Source of the DNA: a virus
Reading direction: 5' to 3' (one strand)
DNA length: 64,000 nucleotides
Virus record (IMG/VR): IMGVR_UViG_3300027503_000002
Numbering within the stretch: the first letter of the stretch is position 1; every line of letters begins with the position of its first letter. Shown here in pieces: positions 19,640-29,062 of this stretch. Made by a program: the position numbers and the translations under genes. The notes under the pieces were generated by a model. It had not been told where the DNA came from, did not search any database, and worked only from the letters and a program-made list of their open reading frames with translations.

Positions 19640-21684
19640 GGCACCACTTCGTAAGAAGTTTAGCTGGGTCAAGAGATCCAAATTTTAAAAATGTAACCTT
19701 GTTGTTGCACGGAGATGGAACAAACGGGGGACAGAATAATACATTTTTAGACAGTAGCGCGAGCAATAACGCTATTACCAGAACTGGAAATGTAACACAG
19801 GGATCATTTAGCCCATACGGAGATAGGTGGAGTAATTATTTTGATGGAACAGGCGATTATTTAGTTACTGCCGCTAATACTGCTTTCCAGCTAGGAACTG
19901 GAGATTTTTCAGTTGATCTTTGGTTTTATCAAATTGGCAGCACAGCCAGTATTGGAACTCGCGCTATTTTTGGTATAGGGAATAATGGGCAAACTGGAGA
20001 TATTCAACTTTTTAATTGGTGGCCCTTTGGAGGTAATCCAGCAAATACACTAGCATTAAATTCATCTGCTGGTGGCACACTTGTAGTTACAAATACCGCT
20101 TATATCCCAAATACTTGGAATCATGTTGCAATTTCTAGAGCCTCTGGAGTAGTTTCTATTTATTTAAATGGTGTTCGTGTAGCTAATGCCAGTTTTACAA
20201 CCAATGCTTCGTACAATATATTAACAATTGGGCGCCCTTATACTAATTTAAGTCAGGAACATTGGCTTGGTTACATTTCAAACTTTCGTTTAGTTAAAGG
20301 AGTGGCGCTTTATTCTGGGACAAATATTAATGTTCCAACCTCTCCACTTTCTGCTATTGCGAATACATCCATATTAACTTGTCAATCCAATCGCTTTCGC
20401 GACGCTAGCTCTAACAACTTTACCATCACCCGCAATGGCGATGTTTCTGTTCAACGTTTTTCCCCACTCTCTCCAGACGCAGAATACAGAACAGATAGAA
20501 TTGCAGGCAGTGCATATTTTGATGGGAGTGATTACTTACTTGCGGCAAACAGAGCGCTAAGACTTGCATCTGGATTTTTTACAGCAGAATGCTGGGTTTA
20601 CTTAAGTAGTTCTCCAGCAAGTGATTTTTCTGGATATACAATATTTTCTGATTATTATTGGAGCGGCGGTAACACTGGAGGGTATTTTGTTACTATCGGG
20701 AATAATGGCAAAGTTAATTTATTTGCCTCTTCTGGAACTTTCAACACACAGTCCTCTAATATTTTAGCTTCAAACAATTCTATAACTCATGGACAATGGA
20801 ATCATATTGCAATTGTTAGAGGCGCGGGAGACTTAATAAATATATACATAAACGGAGTATCAACTACAACACCAATCGCTAGAACTTCCCTACAACTTTC
20901 TAGCGGTGGCGCTGGAAATCATCAAAGTATGGTAGGCGCTAGAGTACATGATACTGTTAGTATATATGGCGGATTTATTGGAATTATTTCTGATGTAAGA
21001 GTAATAAATGGCAAATGTTTATATACTGCCAATTTCACCCCGCCAACTGAACCTTTGACAGCTATTCCAGAAACAACATTCTTGGGCAGATTCGCTAACG
21101 GATCTATTGTGGATAATGCGATGATGAATAATTGGGAGACTGTAAACAGTACACAAATTAGCACAAGTATTAAAAAATACGGAACTGGATCTATATATAA
21201 TCCAGCAGGCTCATCTTTAAGAGTAAACTCAATTGCTCCAAATGCTTTTGGCACGGGCGACTTTACTGTTGAATTTTGGCTTTATCCACTTGGCACTCAA
21301 TTTGGAACTCCAATATCAAATTGGACTGGACCCGGCAACTGGGCTTTCTTATTTGAAGGCCAGCAAATAACATTTTCTGGGCCGGCTGCTGGATATCAAG
21401 TTTTTGTAAAAGATCCTACAAATATAACACTAAACCAATGGACTCATATTGCAGTTAGCAGAGCTTCTGGAACGATGAGACTTTTTAGAAATGGAATTGT
21501 TGTGGCATCTGCTGCTAACTCGACCAATTTTACTGCTGCTGGGCAATTATCTATTGGCAGTTTATATGGAGATGGTGCTTCTTGGCAATTTAACGGCTAT
21601 TTTGATGATATAAGAATAACATCTGGCATAGCCAGATACACTTCGGATTTCGCCCCACCCACAGCCCCACTTCCTGACTTTTAA
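19636..21684 (+). CDS. LamG/concanavalin-A-like triple-domain adhesin
   Basis: Three repeats of GTGDF(T/S)VE.W.Y...W.H(I/V)A..R...GYI(S/D)..RI..G.A.YT..F..PT.PL. Confidence 0.85.
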   Translation: MRHHFVRSLAGSRDPNFKNVTLLLHGDGTNGGQNNTFLDSSASNNAITRTGNVTQGSFSPYGDRWSNYFDGTGDYLVTAANTAFQLGTGDFSVDLWFYQIGSTASIGTRAIFGIGNNGQTGDIQLFNWWPFGGNPANTLALNSSAGGTLVVTNTAYIPNTWNHVAISRASGVVSIYLNGVRVANASFTTNASYNILTIGRPYTNLSQEHWLGYISNFRLVKGVALYSGTNINVPTSPLSAIANTSILTCQSNRFRDASSNNFTITRNGDVSVQRFSPLSPDAEYRTDRIAGSAYFDGSDYLLAANRALRLASGFFTAECWVYLSSSPASDFSGYTIFSDYYWSGGNTGGYFVTIGNNGKVNLFASSGTFNTQSSNILASNNSITHGQWNHIAIVRGAGDLINIYINGVSTTTPIARTSLQLSSGGAGNHQSMVGARVHDTVSIYGGFIGIISDVRVINGKCLYTANFTPPTEPLTAIPETTFLGRFANGSIVDNAMMNNWETVNSTQISTSIKKYGTGSIYNPAGSSLRVNSIAPNAFGTGDFTVEFWLYPLGTQFGTPISNWTGPGNWAFLFEGQQITFSGPAAGYQVFVKDPTNITLNQWTHIAVSRASGTMRLFRNGIVVASAANSTNFTAAGQLSIGSLYGDGASWQFNGYFDDIRITSGIARYTSDFAPPTAPLPDF

Positions 21685-21686
21685 TT

Positions 21687-22169
21687 ATGAATATCGCCAT
21701 CATCAACAATGGTCAAGTCACTCAAGTTGGTGACTACAGAGCTTTATTTCCCAACACCAGCTTTCCGCCTAGCGGCCCCAACGACCTTTTCCTTTCTGAG
21801 AATAATGCAATGAAGGTTAATCTCTGGAAGGAGTATAATCCAGCCACTGAAAAACTTGTCAGCTGTGAGCCTTACATTGAGAACGGTTGGGTTTATACAG
21901 TAACGGTTCAAGCTTTGACGCCAGAAGAGATCGCGGAGCGCGACATTGTCCCACCTTACAGAGTCACTAAGGATACCATTACTAGCAGAGTTTTGGAAGC
22001 CAATAAACTACCTGACTTGATGGCGCTGATAGCTTCGCTACCCGCAGAGCAGAAGTTTCTTTGGGAAGGTTTCTCTTGGTTTTGGAATAATAATCAAACA
22101 GTTCGCGGTATGGCGACCCAGATTGGGCTGGACCCAGAAGTTGTTTTGGCGCCAGATCCTTATCTTTAA
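21687..22169 (+). CDS. fibre-associated/chaperone-like protein
   Basis: YRALFPNTSFP motif; follows the LamG gene. Confidence 0.5.
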   Translation: MNIAIINNGQVTQVGDYRALFPNTSFPPSGPNDLFLSENNAMKVNLWKEYNPATEKLVSCEPYIENGWVYTVTVQALTPEEIAERDIVPPYRVTKDTITSRVLEANKLPDLMALIASLPAEQKFLWEGFSWFWNNNQTVRGMATQIGLDPEVVLAPDPYL

Positions 22170-22173
22170 TTCG

Positions 22174-22179
22174 GTGTAA
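22174..22179 (+). promoter_or_regulatory. GTGTAA putative late promoter (cassette 2)
   Basis: GGTGTAAATA, 9 nt before ATG 22189. Confidence 0.65.
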
Positions 22180-22188
22180 ATATAAAGT

Positions 22189-22323
22189 ATGAATCTTTCT
22201 ACTGCAATTCCTGCTGGATTAGTTGGCCCTCAAGGTGCCGCTGGCACATCAGGCACCAGTGGAACGAGCGGCACCGCACCAGACGATGACCAAAACGTCA
22301 TCGCAAACCAAGTCTTTAGCTAA
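22189..22323 (+). CDS. 44-aa mini-fibre/adaptor peptide (missed by the ORF track)
   Basis: MNLSTAIPAGLVGPQGAAGTSGTSGTSGTAPDDDQNVIANQVFS: same leader as the 19235 ORF, then G-X-X triplets. Confidence 0.75.
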   Translation: MNLSTAIPAGLVGPQGAAGTSGTSGTSGTAPDDDQNVIANQVFS

Positions 22324-22331
22324 TTTAAAAA

Positions 22332-22694
22332 ATGGCAACATTCTCAAAAGTACTCTTATCGGGCTCAACCCAAGGCAAAGCCATTAAAGTTGCAGCCACA
22401 ACATCAACCGGCACCACAATTCACGCGACTGGCACATCGTCCTCAGTTATTGATGAGGTGTGGCTGTATGCATATAATTCATCAGCTAGCGCAGTTGTAC
22501 TCACGATTCAATACGGTGGAACCACTGCGGTTGACAATGATATTAAATTAACTATTCCCGCAACTTCTGGATTGACGCTAGTTGTGCCCGGTTTAATATT
22601 AACTGGTACAGGTTCTGCCGCAAATACAGTTTATGCTTATGCTGGAACAACAAATGTTATTACAATTTCTGGTTACGTTAATAGAATTTCATAA
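22332..22694 (+). CDS. small beta-sandwich virion protein
   Basis: Thr/Ala/Ser-rich with LYAYN and ITISGYVN; sits in the fibre cassette. Confidence 0.6.
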   Translation: MATFSKVLLSGSTQGKAIKVAATTSTGTTIHATGTSSSVIDEVWLYAYNSSASAVVLTIQYGGTTAVDNDIKLTIPATSGLTLVVPGLILTGTGSAANTVYAYAGTTNVITISGYVNRIS

Positions 22695-23593
22695 TGGCTA
22701 ATCCGTTAAAAAGAGCGGTTTCTTCCAGTCAAGTGTCAGACTGGTTTTCTTCATCGAGTTCAATATCGACGCCTTCTAGAAGACAGAGTTTTCAAGTTGA
22801 GTACTTGGTTGTCTCTGGCGGCGGCGGTGGCGGCGCCGTCAATTCTTCTAATGGAAGTGCTGGTGGAGGAGGTGGAGGAGGCTTATTAATTGGAGCTTTA
22901 ACTTTAAATTTAAATCAATCTTACTCTATTACAGTTGGTGCAGGAGGGGCTGGAAATACGAAAACAGGAGATTTTAGAGGCACCAATGGAACTGACTCAA
23001 TTTTTTCATCTGTATCAACTAATGGCGGGGGAGGCGGTGGATCAGGCGACAGTGGTACTCGTCTCGGTAAATCGGGAGGCTCTGGTGGCGGAACTGGATA
23101 TAACGGAGGATCTACTGGTGGAGCAGGCAATACGCCTCCAACTACTCCAAGTCAGGGCAATAATGGCGGCGGCGGCGGGCCAGCAGGCTCACCCTATGGC
23201 GGTGGTGGTGGCGGTGGTGCGGGCGCTGTTGGAGCATCTGGTCACGGTGGAGGAGGCGGCAATGGCTCGATTTCTTCTATAACTGGCGCAGCGGTATATT
23301 ACGCTGGTGGCGGTGGTGGAGGTAACGAAGGAGCTTCTGCTGGAAGTGGCGGATTTGGTGGCGGTGGAAATGGAACAAGAAGCGGCTCTGGCATTAACGG
23401 AACGCAAAACTTAGGTGGCGGTGGTGGCGGAGCGGGCGGCGTTGCAGGCGGAAACGGAGGTAACGGCGGCTCTGGAGTAGTGATTTTAAAAAGTTCATTT
23501 CAGGCAACCTCTACCACTGGTTCCCCTAGCTTGACTACTAGTGAAGGATATTACATTTACACATTTAATTCTAGCGGGAGTATAACTTTTTAA
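22694..23593 (+). CDS. glycine-rich (polyglycine) adhesin-like protein
   Basis: VEYLVVSGGGGGG...YAGGGGG...GGSGVVI...YTFNSSG. Confidence 0.8.
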   Translation: MANPLKRAVSSSQVSDWFSSSSSISTPSRRQSFQVEYLVVSGGGGGGAVNSSNGSAGGGGGGGLLIGALTLNLNQSYSITVGAGGAGNTKTGDFRGTNGTDSIFSSVSTNGGGGGGSGDSGTRLGKSGGSGGGTGYNGGSTGGAGNTPPTTPSQGNNGGGGGPAGSPYGGGGGGGAGAVGASGHGGGGGNGSISSITGAAVYYAGGGGGGNEGASAGSGGFGGGGNGTRSGSGINGTQNLGGGGGGAGGVAGGNGGNGGSGVVILKSSFQATSTTGSPSLTTSEGYYIYTFNSSGSITF

Positions 23594-23959
23594 ATGGCTC
23601 ATTTCGCAAAAATCGACGACGATAATATTGTTCAACAAGTAATTGTTGTATCTAACAGCGATTGTCTTGATTCCAACGGGCAAGAAAGTGAAGCTATTGG
23701 CATAGCTTTTTGCCAAAATCTTTTTGGCGGCGGTCGCTGGGTCCAAACTTCTTATAACAATAATATTCGTGTGCGCTATGCTGGAATTGGTTACCGCTAC
23801 GACGAAGTTCGCGACGCTTTCATCGCCCCTCAACCTTATTTATCTTGGACTTTTAATGAAACAACATTAGACTGGCAGGCACCGATTCCATATCCAAACG
23901 ATGGCAAGGTTTATGTATGGAACGAACCAACTCTTCAATGGATAGAAGTTCCAGTGTAA
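23594..23959 (+). CDS. conserved partner of glycine-rich adhesin
   Basis: MAHFAKI..NIV.QVIVV...W.QTSYN..R..YAGIG..YD...DAFI.PQPY.SW. Confidence 0.7.
   Translation: MAHFAKIDDDNIVQQVIVVSNSDCLDSNGQESEAIGIAFCQNLFGGGRWVQTSYNNNIRVRYAGIGYRYDEVRDAFIAPQPYLSWTFNETTLDWQAPIPYPNDGKVYVWNEPTLQWIEVPV
23954..23959 (+). promoter_or_regulatory. GTGTAA putative late promoter
   Basis: 9 nt before ATG 23969; overlaps the upstream stop codon. Confidence 0.55.
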
Positions 23960-23968
23960 ATTTAATAT

Positions 23969-24181
23969 ATGCCACTACCAACTCCTAAGAAAAATCAAGA
24001 AGAAGACGATTTCATCTCGTCCTGTATGGGTTCCGAGACAATGAACAAAGAGTACCCAAATCAAAAGCAGCGCGCTGCGATTTGCTACTCCCAATACCGC
24101 CGTAAGAAGAAAAAGGCGCAAGGTTCAATGGACGAAACCAAGTGGGACGAGGGTGACGTTTCTCGCGTTATTATCGAATAA
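23969..24181 (+). CDS. small conserved phage protein
   Basis: P.P...E..DFISSCM...EYP..KQR.AICY motif. Confidence 0.7.
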   Translation: MPLPTPKKNQEEDDFISSCMGSETMNKEYPNQKQRAAICYSQYRRKKKKAQGSMDETKWDEGDVSRVIIE

Positions 24182-24200
24182 AAGTTCTTTAAATCAGAAC

Positions 24201-24240
24201 GGGCGCATTTATCATCGTTAAACTGATGATTTATGCGCCT
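24201..24240 (+). promoter_or_regulatory. RNA hairpin occluding the start codon of the 24233 gene
   Basis: GGGCGCAT-TT-ATCATC...GATGAT-TT-ATGCGCCT: 14 paired bases including the ATG. Confidence 0.65.
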
Positions 24241-24697
24241 TAATTTTTATAAACCCAACAAGTCGAATACAGGTACAGCGGTATCTTTTAACACATCTTA
24301 TAAGGACAAGGATCAGACAAAAGGCGAAGCTCCAGATCTTTACGTAAGCTTCGTCAAGCAGGCAGGATGGAACGAGCAGACCCGCAAGGGCTCATTCTCA
24401 GAAAACGCCAAAAACCCAGAGAAGACTGCGGCGCTAAAGCTTAACGAGACAGAGGCGGCATCGATTATTCGTGCAGTAAGGTGCTCGTCTAAGTTCTCTA
24501 CTGTTCACGCTTATCAGGGCTCAACAACATCAATTATGTTTGGGCCGTATCAAAAGAAGAGTGGCGAAGACGCTTTCTCATTTAGTATCAAGAAGGGTGA
24601 GCAATCCTTCCTGATCGGCTTTGAGCTTGGTGAGGCCGAGCTTATTGCTCAGTATATGGAAAACTATCTTCGCGTTTTCTTTGAGTGTTCAGTATGA
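24233..24697 (+). CDS. putative ssDNA-binding protein (PC4/Whirly-like)
   Basis: Duplicated beta-beta-beta-helix pattern (KLNETEAASII / FELGEAELI) rich in aromatic and basic residues. The fold is a guess. Confidence 0.45.
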   Translation: MRLNFYKPNKSNTGTAVSFNTSYKDKDQTKGEAPDLYVSFVKQAGWNEQTRKGSFSENAKNPEKTAALKLNETEAASIIRAVRCSSKFSTVHAYQGSTTSIMFGPYQKKSGEDAFSFSIKKGEQSFLIGFELGEAELIAQYMENYLRVFFECSV

Positions 24698-26610
24698 AAA
24701 AGACCGTAGTTCTCCACAGTAATCACAGCAGAGCTTTTACAGGTTTTGGCAAGAATATGCGAAATGTTCTTCGCTATTTGCATAAGACTGGTAAGTACAA
24801 TCTTGTTGAGTTTGCCAATGCAAAAACTAAAGACTCTGAAGAGCTAAAAACATTACCGTGGAGAGCTTACGGTACACTGCCAGAAAACAGTAAACTGCAA
24901 TCGTTTGGCGGCGATCAAACCAAGATCAGAACTGCGGCTTATGGTCTGTATGAGATTGACGGTTTAATGAAAGAGGTCAAGCCTGATTTCTATATCGGCA
25001 TTGAGGATATCTGGGCCTTGGCTCCGTTAGTCGAAAAGAAGTGGTGGAACCAAAACTGTATGATTTGGACAACCTTGGACTCCCTGCCCATTTATCCAGA
25101 TGCGCTCAAAATGATTCCCAAGGTAAATCATTATTATGCTTGGGCCTCCTTTGTTTCCAAGGAGGTCAAACGTCTTGGTTATGATGAAGGCGCAATCAAA
25201 ACACTTAGAGGAGCGGGCGAGACTTCTGCCTTTTACAGACTTAGCGACGAGAATCGCGCCGCTCTGAGAAAAGAGTTTAATCTGTCTGATGAGTTCATCA
25301 TTGGCTTCGTGTTCCGAAATCAGCTTCGCAAAAGCGTGCCAAACCTCCTGCAAGGCTTCAAGATCTTCAAGGATAAGAACCCCAAGGTAAAAGCCAAGCT
25401 TTTGCTTCACACCCACTGGTCAGAAGGCTGGGACATTCCTCGCTTGATCAAGGATGCCGGTATTGAAAACTCGGACGTTCTCACCACCTACTTCTGCAAA
25501 AGCTGCAAGCAGTTTGAAGTGAAGCCGTTTATCGGCCAAAAGATTCAGTGCAGATACTGTGGCGCCAAAGGAACTGTCGAAACCACAAATATATCAGACG
25601 GAGTATCAGAAGCACAGCTTAACGAAATATATAACTTAATGGATGTTTACTGCCATCCGTTCACTAGTGGTGGGCAGGAGATTCCAATCACAGAAGCTAA
25701 ACTAACAGAGCTTGTCACCTTAGTAACAAACTATTCTTGTGGCGAAGACTTCTCCACGGAAGAGAGCGGCGGTATCCCATTGAATTGGAAACCTTATTAC
25801 GAACCAGGTAGTAATTTTATTAAAGCTACCACTCTTCCAGAATCAATTGCCGAAAAGCTTGAGAGGGTATATAAGATGAGTCCTTCCAAGCGCGCCGAGA
25901 TGGGTAAGGTTGGACGACGATTCGTAATCGACAACTTGTCTGCCGAAATTATTGGCAAACAGTTGGAAAAAATCATCGATGAAGCTCCTCAAGTTGAGTG
26001 GGATTTTAATACTTCTTTTGTGCCCCGCGACCCAAGCTACAATGGCAAAGAAGAACTTCAGAACTTAGACTGGGTCATTGACCTGTACGCCAACATTTTA
26101 AAGGTCAAGGTGGACCCAAATGACGACGGCGTAAAAAGCTGGATGAGCCAGCTAAACAATGGAATCCCCCGCGAGCAAATTCTAAACTACTTTAAAAACG
26201 TTGGCGCGAAAGAGAATCAAGAAAACATCAAAATTGAGTTCTCTGATGTACTGGATAAGAATGATAAAGGTCGAAGAATCTTATTTGTAATGCCAGAAAG
26301 TGCGGGAGATGTATTCCTATCCACTTCTTTACTACCCTCGATCAAGAAGCTTTATCCAGATTTTAATATTTATTTTGCAACTAAACCTGAATATTTAAAT
26401 ATCCTAGAGGGTAATCCACTAATCCACAAAACCATTGTGTTTAGTCCTTTTATGGAAAACCTCTTAACAATGGAAGGTCACGGCGCTTATGAAGGCTACT
26501 TTAATCTTGCTTACCTACCTCACTTTGGCACCCAAAAGCTTTTTGACTATCAGCACAATGGTGCCGATCTTATCGAATTAAATCTCTATTCCGAAAATGC
26601 ACATTCTTGA
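24694..26610 (+). CDS. GT4-like glycosyltransferase with Zn-ribbon insert, fused to the N-terminal half of a GT9
   Basis: TGFG, RNQLRK, CKSC...CRYC, YNLMDVYCHPFTSGGQEIPITEA; C-terminal RILFVMPESAGDVFLST...GNPLI. Confidence 0.8.
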   Translation: MKKTVVLHSNHSRAFTGFGKNMRNVLRYLHKTGKYNLVEFANAKTKDSEELKTLPWRAYGTLPENSKLQSFGGDQTKIRTAAYGLYEIDGLMKEVKPDFYIGIEDIWALAPLVEKKWWNQNCMIWTTLDSLPIYPDALKMIPKVNHYYAWASFVSKEVKRLGYDEGAIKTLRGAGETSAFYRLSDENRAALRKEFNLSDEFIIGFVFRNQLRKSVPNLLQGFKIFKDKNPKVKAKLLLHTHWSEGWDIPRLIKDAGIENSDVLTTYFCKSCKQFEVKPFIGQKIQCRYCGAKGTVETTNISDGVSEAQLNEIYNLMDVYCHPFTSGGQEIPITEAKLTELVTLVTNYSCGEDFSTEESGGIPLNWKPYYEPGSNFIKATTLPESIAEKLERVYKMSPSKRAEMGKVGRRFVIDNLSAEIIGKQLEKIIDEAPQVEWDFNTSFVPRDPSYNGKEELQNLDWVIDLYANILKVKVDPNDDGVKSWMSQLNNGIPREQILNYFKNVGAKENQENIKIEFSDVLDKNDKGRRILFVMPESAGDVFLSTSLLPSIKKLYPDFNIYFATKPEYLNILEGNPLIHKTIVFSPFMENLLTMEGHGAYEGYFNLAYLPHFGTQKLFDYQHNGADLIELNLYSENAHS

Positions 26611-27772
26611 GCGTTACGCCCTTTCTTGTGGAGTTAAAATAGATAAGCCATTTATTTTGGAGCAGTATTATCCAATAGCCTTGGACAAATACATTGTTTT
26701 TCAAACTAGCGGCAAGGGTAACTCCAGACAATACGATTACTGGCTAAAGGTTTTCCAATACATCAGAGAATATACCAAAGATTATAAAATCGTTCACGTA
26801 GGGGTAGAAAGCGACCAAAGTGTTGCAGGAGTCGATCTTGATCTCAGGGGTAAGACCAGTATCAGACAGCTAGCATATCTTATTAAAAACAGTTGCTTAT
26901 ACCTTGGAATTGACAGTTTATCGACCCATTTGGCAGGACACTACGACAAGAAGATCGTCGCCCTGTATTCTTATTGCTATGCTCAGAACTGCTTTCCAAT
27001 CTGGGGCAAGCGCCATAACCGCTCATTGATTGAGGTTAATTGGGCGGAACAAGGTAAACCTTCCTTCTCCCTAACCGAAAAGAAAAAGAATATTAATACA
27101 GTTAAGCCCGAGATCATCGCTAAGGCAGCTTTGGATCATCTTGGAGTAACTAACAACCTAGATCTGGTAAAAACTCTTTTTATTGGCGCGGAGTATCACA
27201 ACCCAACCATAGAAGTTGTCCCCGACTCAACCAGCTATCCAATCTTTATCAAAGATAAAATCTGCAACGTCAGAATGGATTATCATTTTGATGAGCAGAA
27301 CCTAATGCGGCTAGCTAGTATCTGCAAAGTTAATATTGTTACTGCAAAAGAGATCAATATTAATATTTTAAATTCGATCAAAGCAAAAATTTGTGGTCTA
27401 AACGTCATCGCCAGCAATGATATCTCAGAAGAATACCTGACCAAAGTGAAGTCGTTAGGTATCAAATTGAATCTTTCGGCACCATTTAATGACGAGTGGT
27501 CCGCGCTTTGTGAAAAATTCTTTGATTTTAAATTAGATAAGGACGAGGTTATCACCAAGTCCAGAATTAAAAATGCATCAGAAATCGACGAATCTTGCAA
27601 TTTTAATTCTGAAAAAATCATCTTTTCGGAAGGAAAAGTGTATTCGTGCAAACTTTTTTGGGAAAAGAAGCAGCCAAAGCTTGACAGGTCAGCGAAAGTC
27701 GTAGATGATCAGGCATTCTGGCAGGAGTCAGATTACTTCTACATTTACAAAGATGAGCGACCAAACCTTTAA
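26597..27772 (+). CDS. GT9 C-terminal half fused to an unknown domain
   Basis: DLRGKTSIRQLAYLIKNS.LYLGIDS.STHLA...KKIVALY. Confidence 0.75.
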   Translation: MHILERYALSCGVKIDKPFILEQYYPIALDKYIVFQTSGKGNSRQYDYWLKVFQYIREYTKDYKIVHVGVESDQSVAGVDLDLRGKTSIRQLAYLIKNSCLYLGIDSLSTHLAGHYDKKIVALYSYCYAQNCFPIWGKRHNRSLIEVNWAEQGKPSFSLTEKKKNINTVKPEIIAKAALDHLGVTNNLDLVKTLFIGAEYHNPTIEVVPDSTSYPIFIKDKICNVRMDYHFDEQNLMRLASICKVNIVTAKEININILNSIKAKICGLNVIASNDISEEYLTKVKSLGIKLNLSAPFNDEWSALCEKFFDFKLDKDEVITKSRIKNASEIDESCNFNSEKIIFSEGKVYSCKLFWEKKQPKLDRSAKVVDDQAFWQESDYFYIYKDERPNL

Positions 27773-28523
27773 TAAACCAACTCTCCGCGATAGTCGCGGT
27801 TTTCTTTCCAACGTTAACTACATTCTAAATAAGGATGGCACAGTCAACTGGCGCGCAATGGTGAATCCGGCGCACCTGTATCCCAACAAGGACTGGTTTG
27901 AGCGTAGAAACCGCCCTGTGCCAGAGGCTTATACTCCAGATCTCAGAGATGAGCAGCTTCTTATCAAGCTTGGCGGCATCAAGGAAGTTGCAAAGCTTCG
28001 CGGATATAATAGAATCACCTTTGCTTTCCCAAAGCTTGAAAAAGATTATGTCGTCGCCACTTGCACAATCGATTGGATGACTAATCAAGAATCCACGAAT
28101 CCAATTGCTGGAGAAGACGCTTGGGAATCTCTAAGCACGATGGATGTAGCTAATGCTACTTACGATAATACCGATGGCTTTGGCCAGAAGTTTCTTGAGA
28201 CAATCGCCGCAAATCGCGCCTTTGTTCGCACAGTCCGCAACTTCCTTGGTATTCATATCGTTGGCGAGGATGAAATCTCTAAGAAGCCAATCACCGCCGC
28301 CGCATCTTCTAGCAACAGCGATGTTTCTCCTCAAGCTATTCTTGAAAAGAAGTTCGCCGCCAGTAATGAAGGCTCTGAGTTCTCAGACTTCAAGAATTGG
28401 CTGCGTCAGCTTTGGGTTGACGAGACTTATCGCAACGAAGACGCAAAGAACTGGAAGAGTTGGTCTGATGTTCCTGCAAAGGAAGCCCGTACCCTTATCA
28501 AGCAGCTTGCAAAGTCAGAATGA
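27753..28523 (+). CDS. putative Rad52/Sak-like single-strand annealing protein
   Basis: LETIAANRAFVRTVRNFLGI motif; TTGACA at 27681 upstream. Confidence 0.45.
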   Translation: MSDQTFNKPTLRDSRGFLSNVNYILNKDGTVNWRAMVNPAHLYPNKDWFERRNRPVPEAYTPDLRDEQLLIKLGGIKEVAKLRGYNRITFAFPKLEKDYVVATCTIDWMTNQESTNPIAGEDAWESLSTMDVANATYDNTDGFGQKFLETIAANRAFVRTVRNFLGIHIVGEDEISKKPITAAASSSNSDVSPQAILEKKFAASNEGSEFSDFKNWLRQLWVDETYRNEDAKNWKSWSDVPAKEARTLIKQLAKSE

Positions 28524-28990
28524 CCAAGAGAATAATCAACGCTAGCGAACTGCGGAAGATCCTTCTGAAAATGAAGGATAGTCAGCATTTAGAAAAGATT
28601 TTAAATAAGCAGAGTCACGTTGCTGGCAAATGGGATATTGACCATTTGATCGAGCAGCTTGTTCAGCTTGTTCTTGTCTTTAAACAGAATGCGGTTGTAG
28701 TTTGCCACTTTGATGGCGACAAGCCAACCTCTCTGTTCGCTGGCTTGATCTCAGAAGATTGGGCGTGTGGAAAATTAGGCTTGACTGAAATCATTTGGGT
28801 TTCAGTCGAGCCGTCAATGTTTGGCGGTTTTAGAATTTTACAAGAGGTCGAGAAAATTATTGTCCATCAAAAGATTGACTTCTTGTCGATGAACTATATG
28901 TGTAATGGTGGAGATCCGAGAATTCAGCAGTTTTTGATGAATAACGGATTTCGCTTGGATACACTTTCTTTCGTCAAGAACTATAAATAG
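28520..28990 (+). CDS. GNAT-fold protein
   Basis: EIIWVS...GG..IL...QFLMNNGF, matching the GNAT C-terminal pattern. Confidence 0.55.
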   Translation: MTKRIINASELRKILLKMKDSQHLEKILNKQSHVAGKWDIDHLIEQLVQLVLVFKQNAVVVCHFDGDKPTSLFAGLISEDWACGKLGLTEIIWVSVEPSMFGGFRILQEVEKIIVHQKIDFLSMNYMCNGGDPRIQQFLMNNGFRLDTLSFVKNYK

Positions 28991-29062
28991 TTCTTGACAA
29001 AGGTTTTTAGTTCCAAACCCTAATGTCTGATATGTAAAATATCTTACCTATTTTTACTTTCT

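Noticed and set aside
22800-23480. GGC/GGT-rich low-complexity DNA as a tandem repeat
   Set aside because: Explained by the polyglycine coding sequence.
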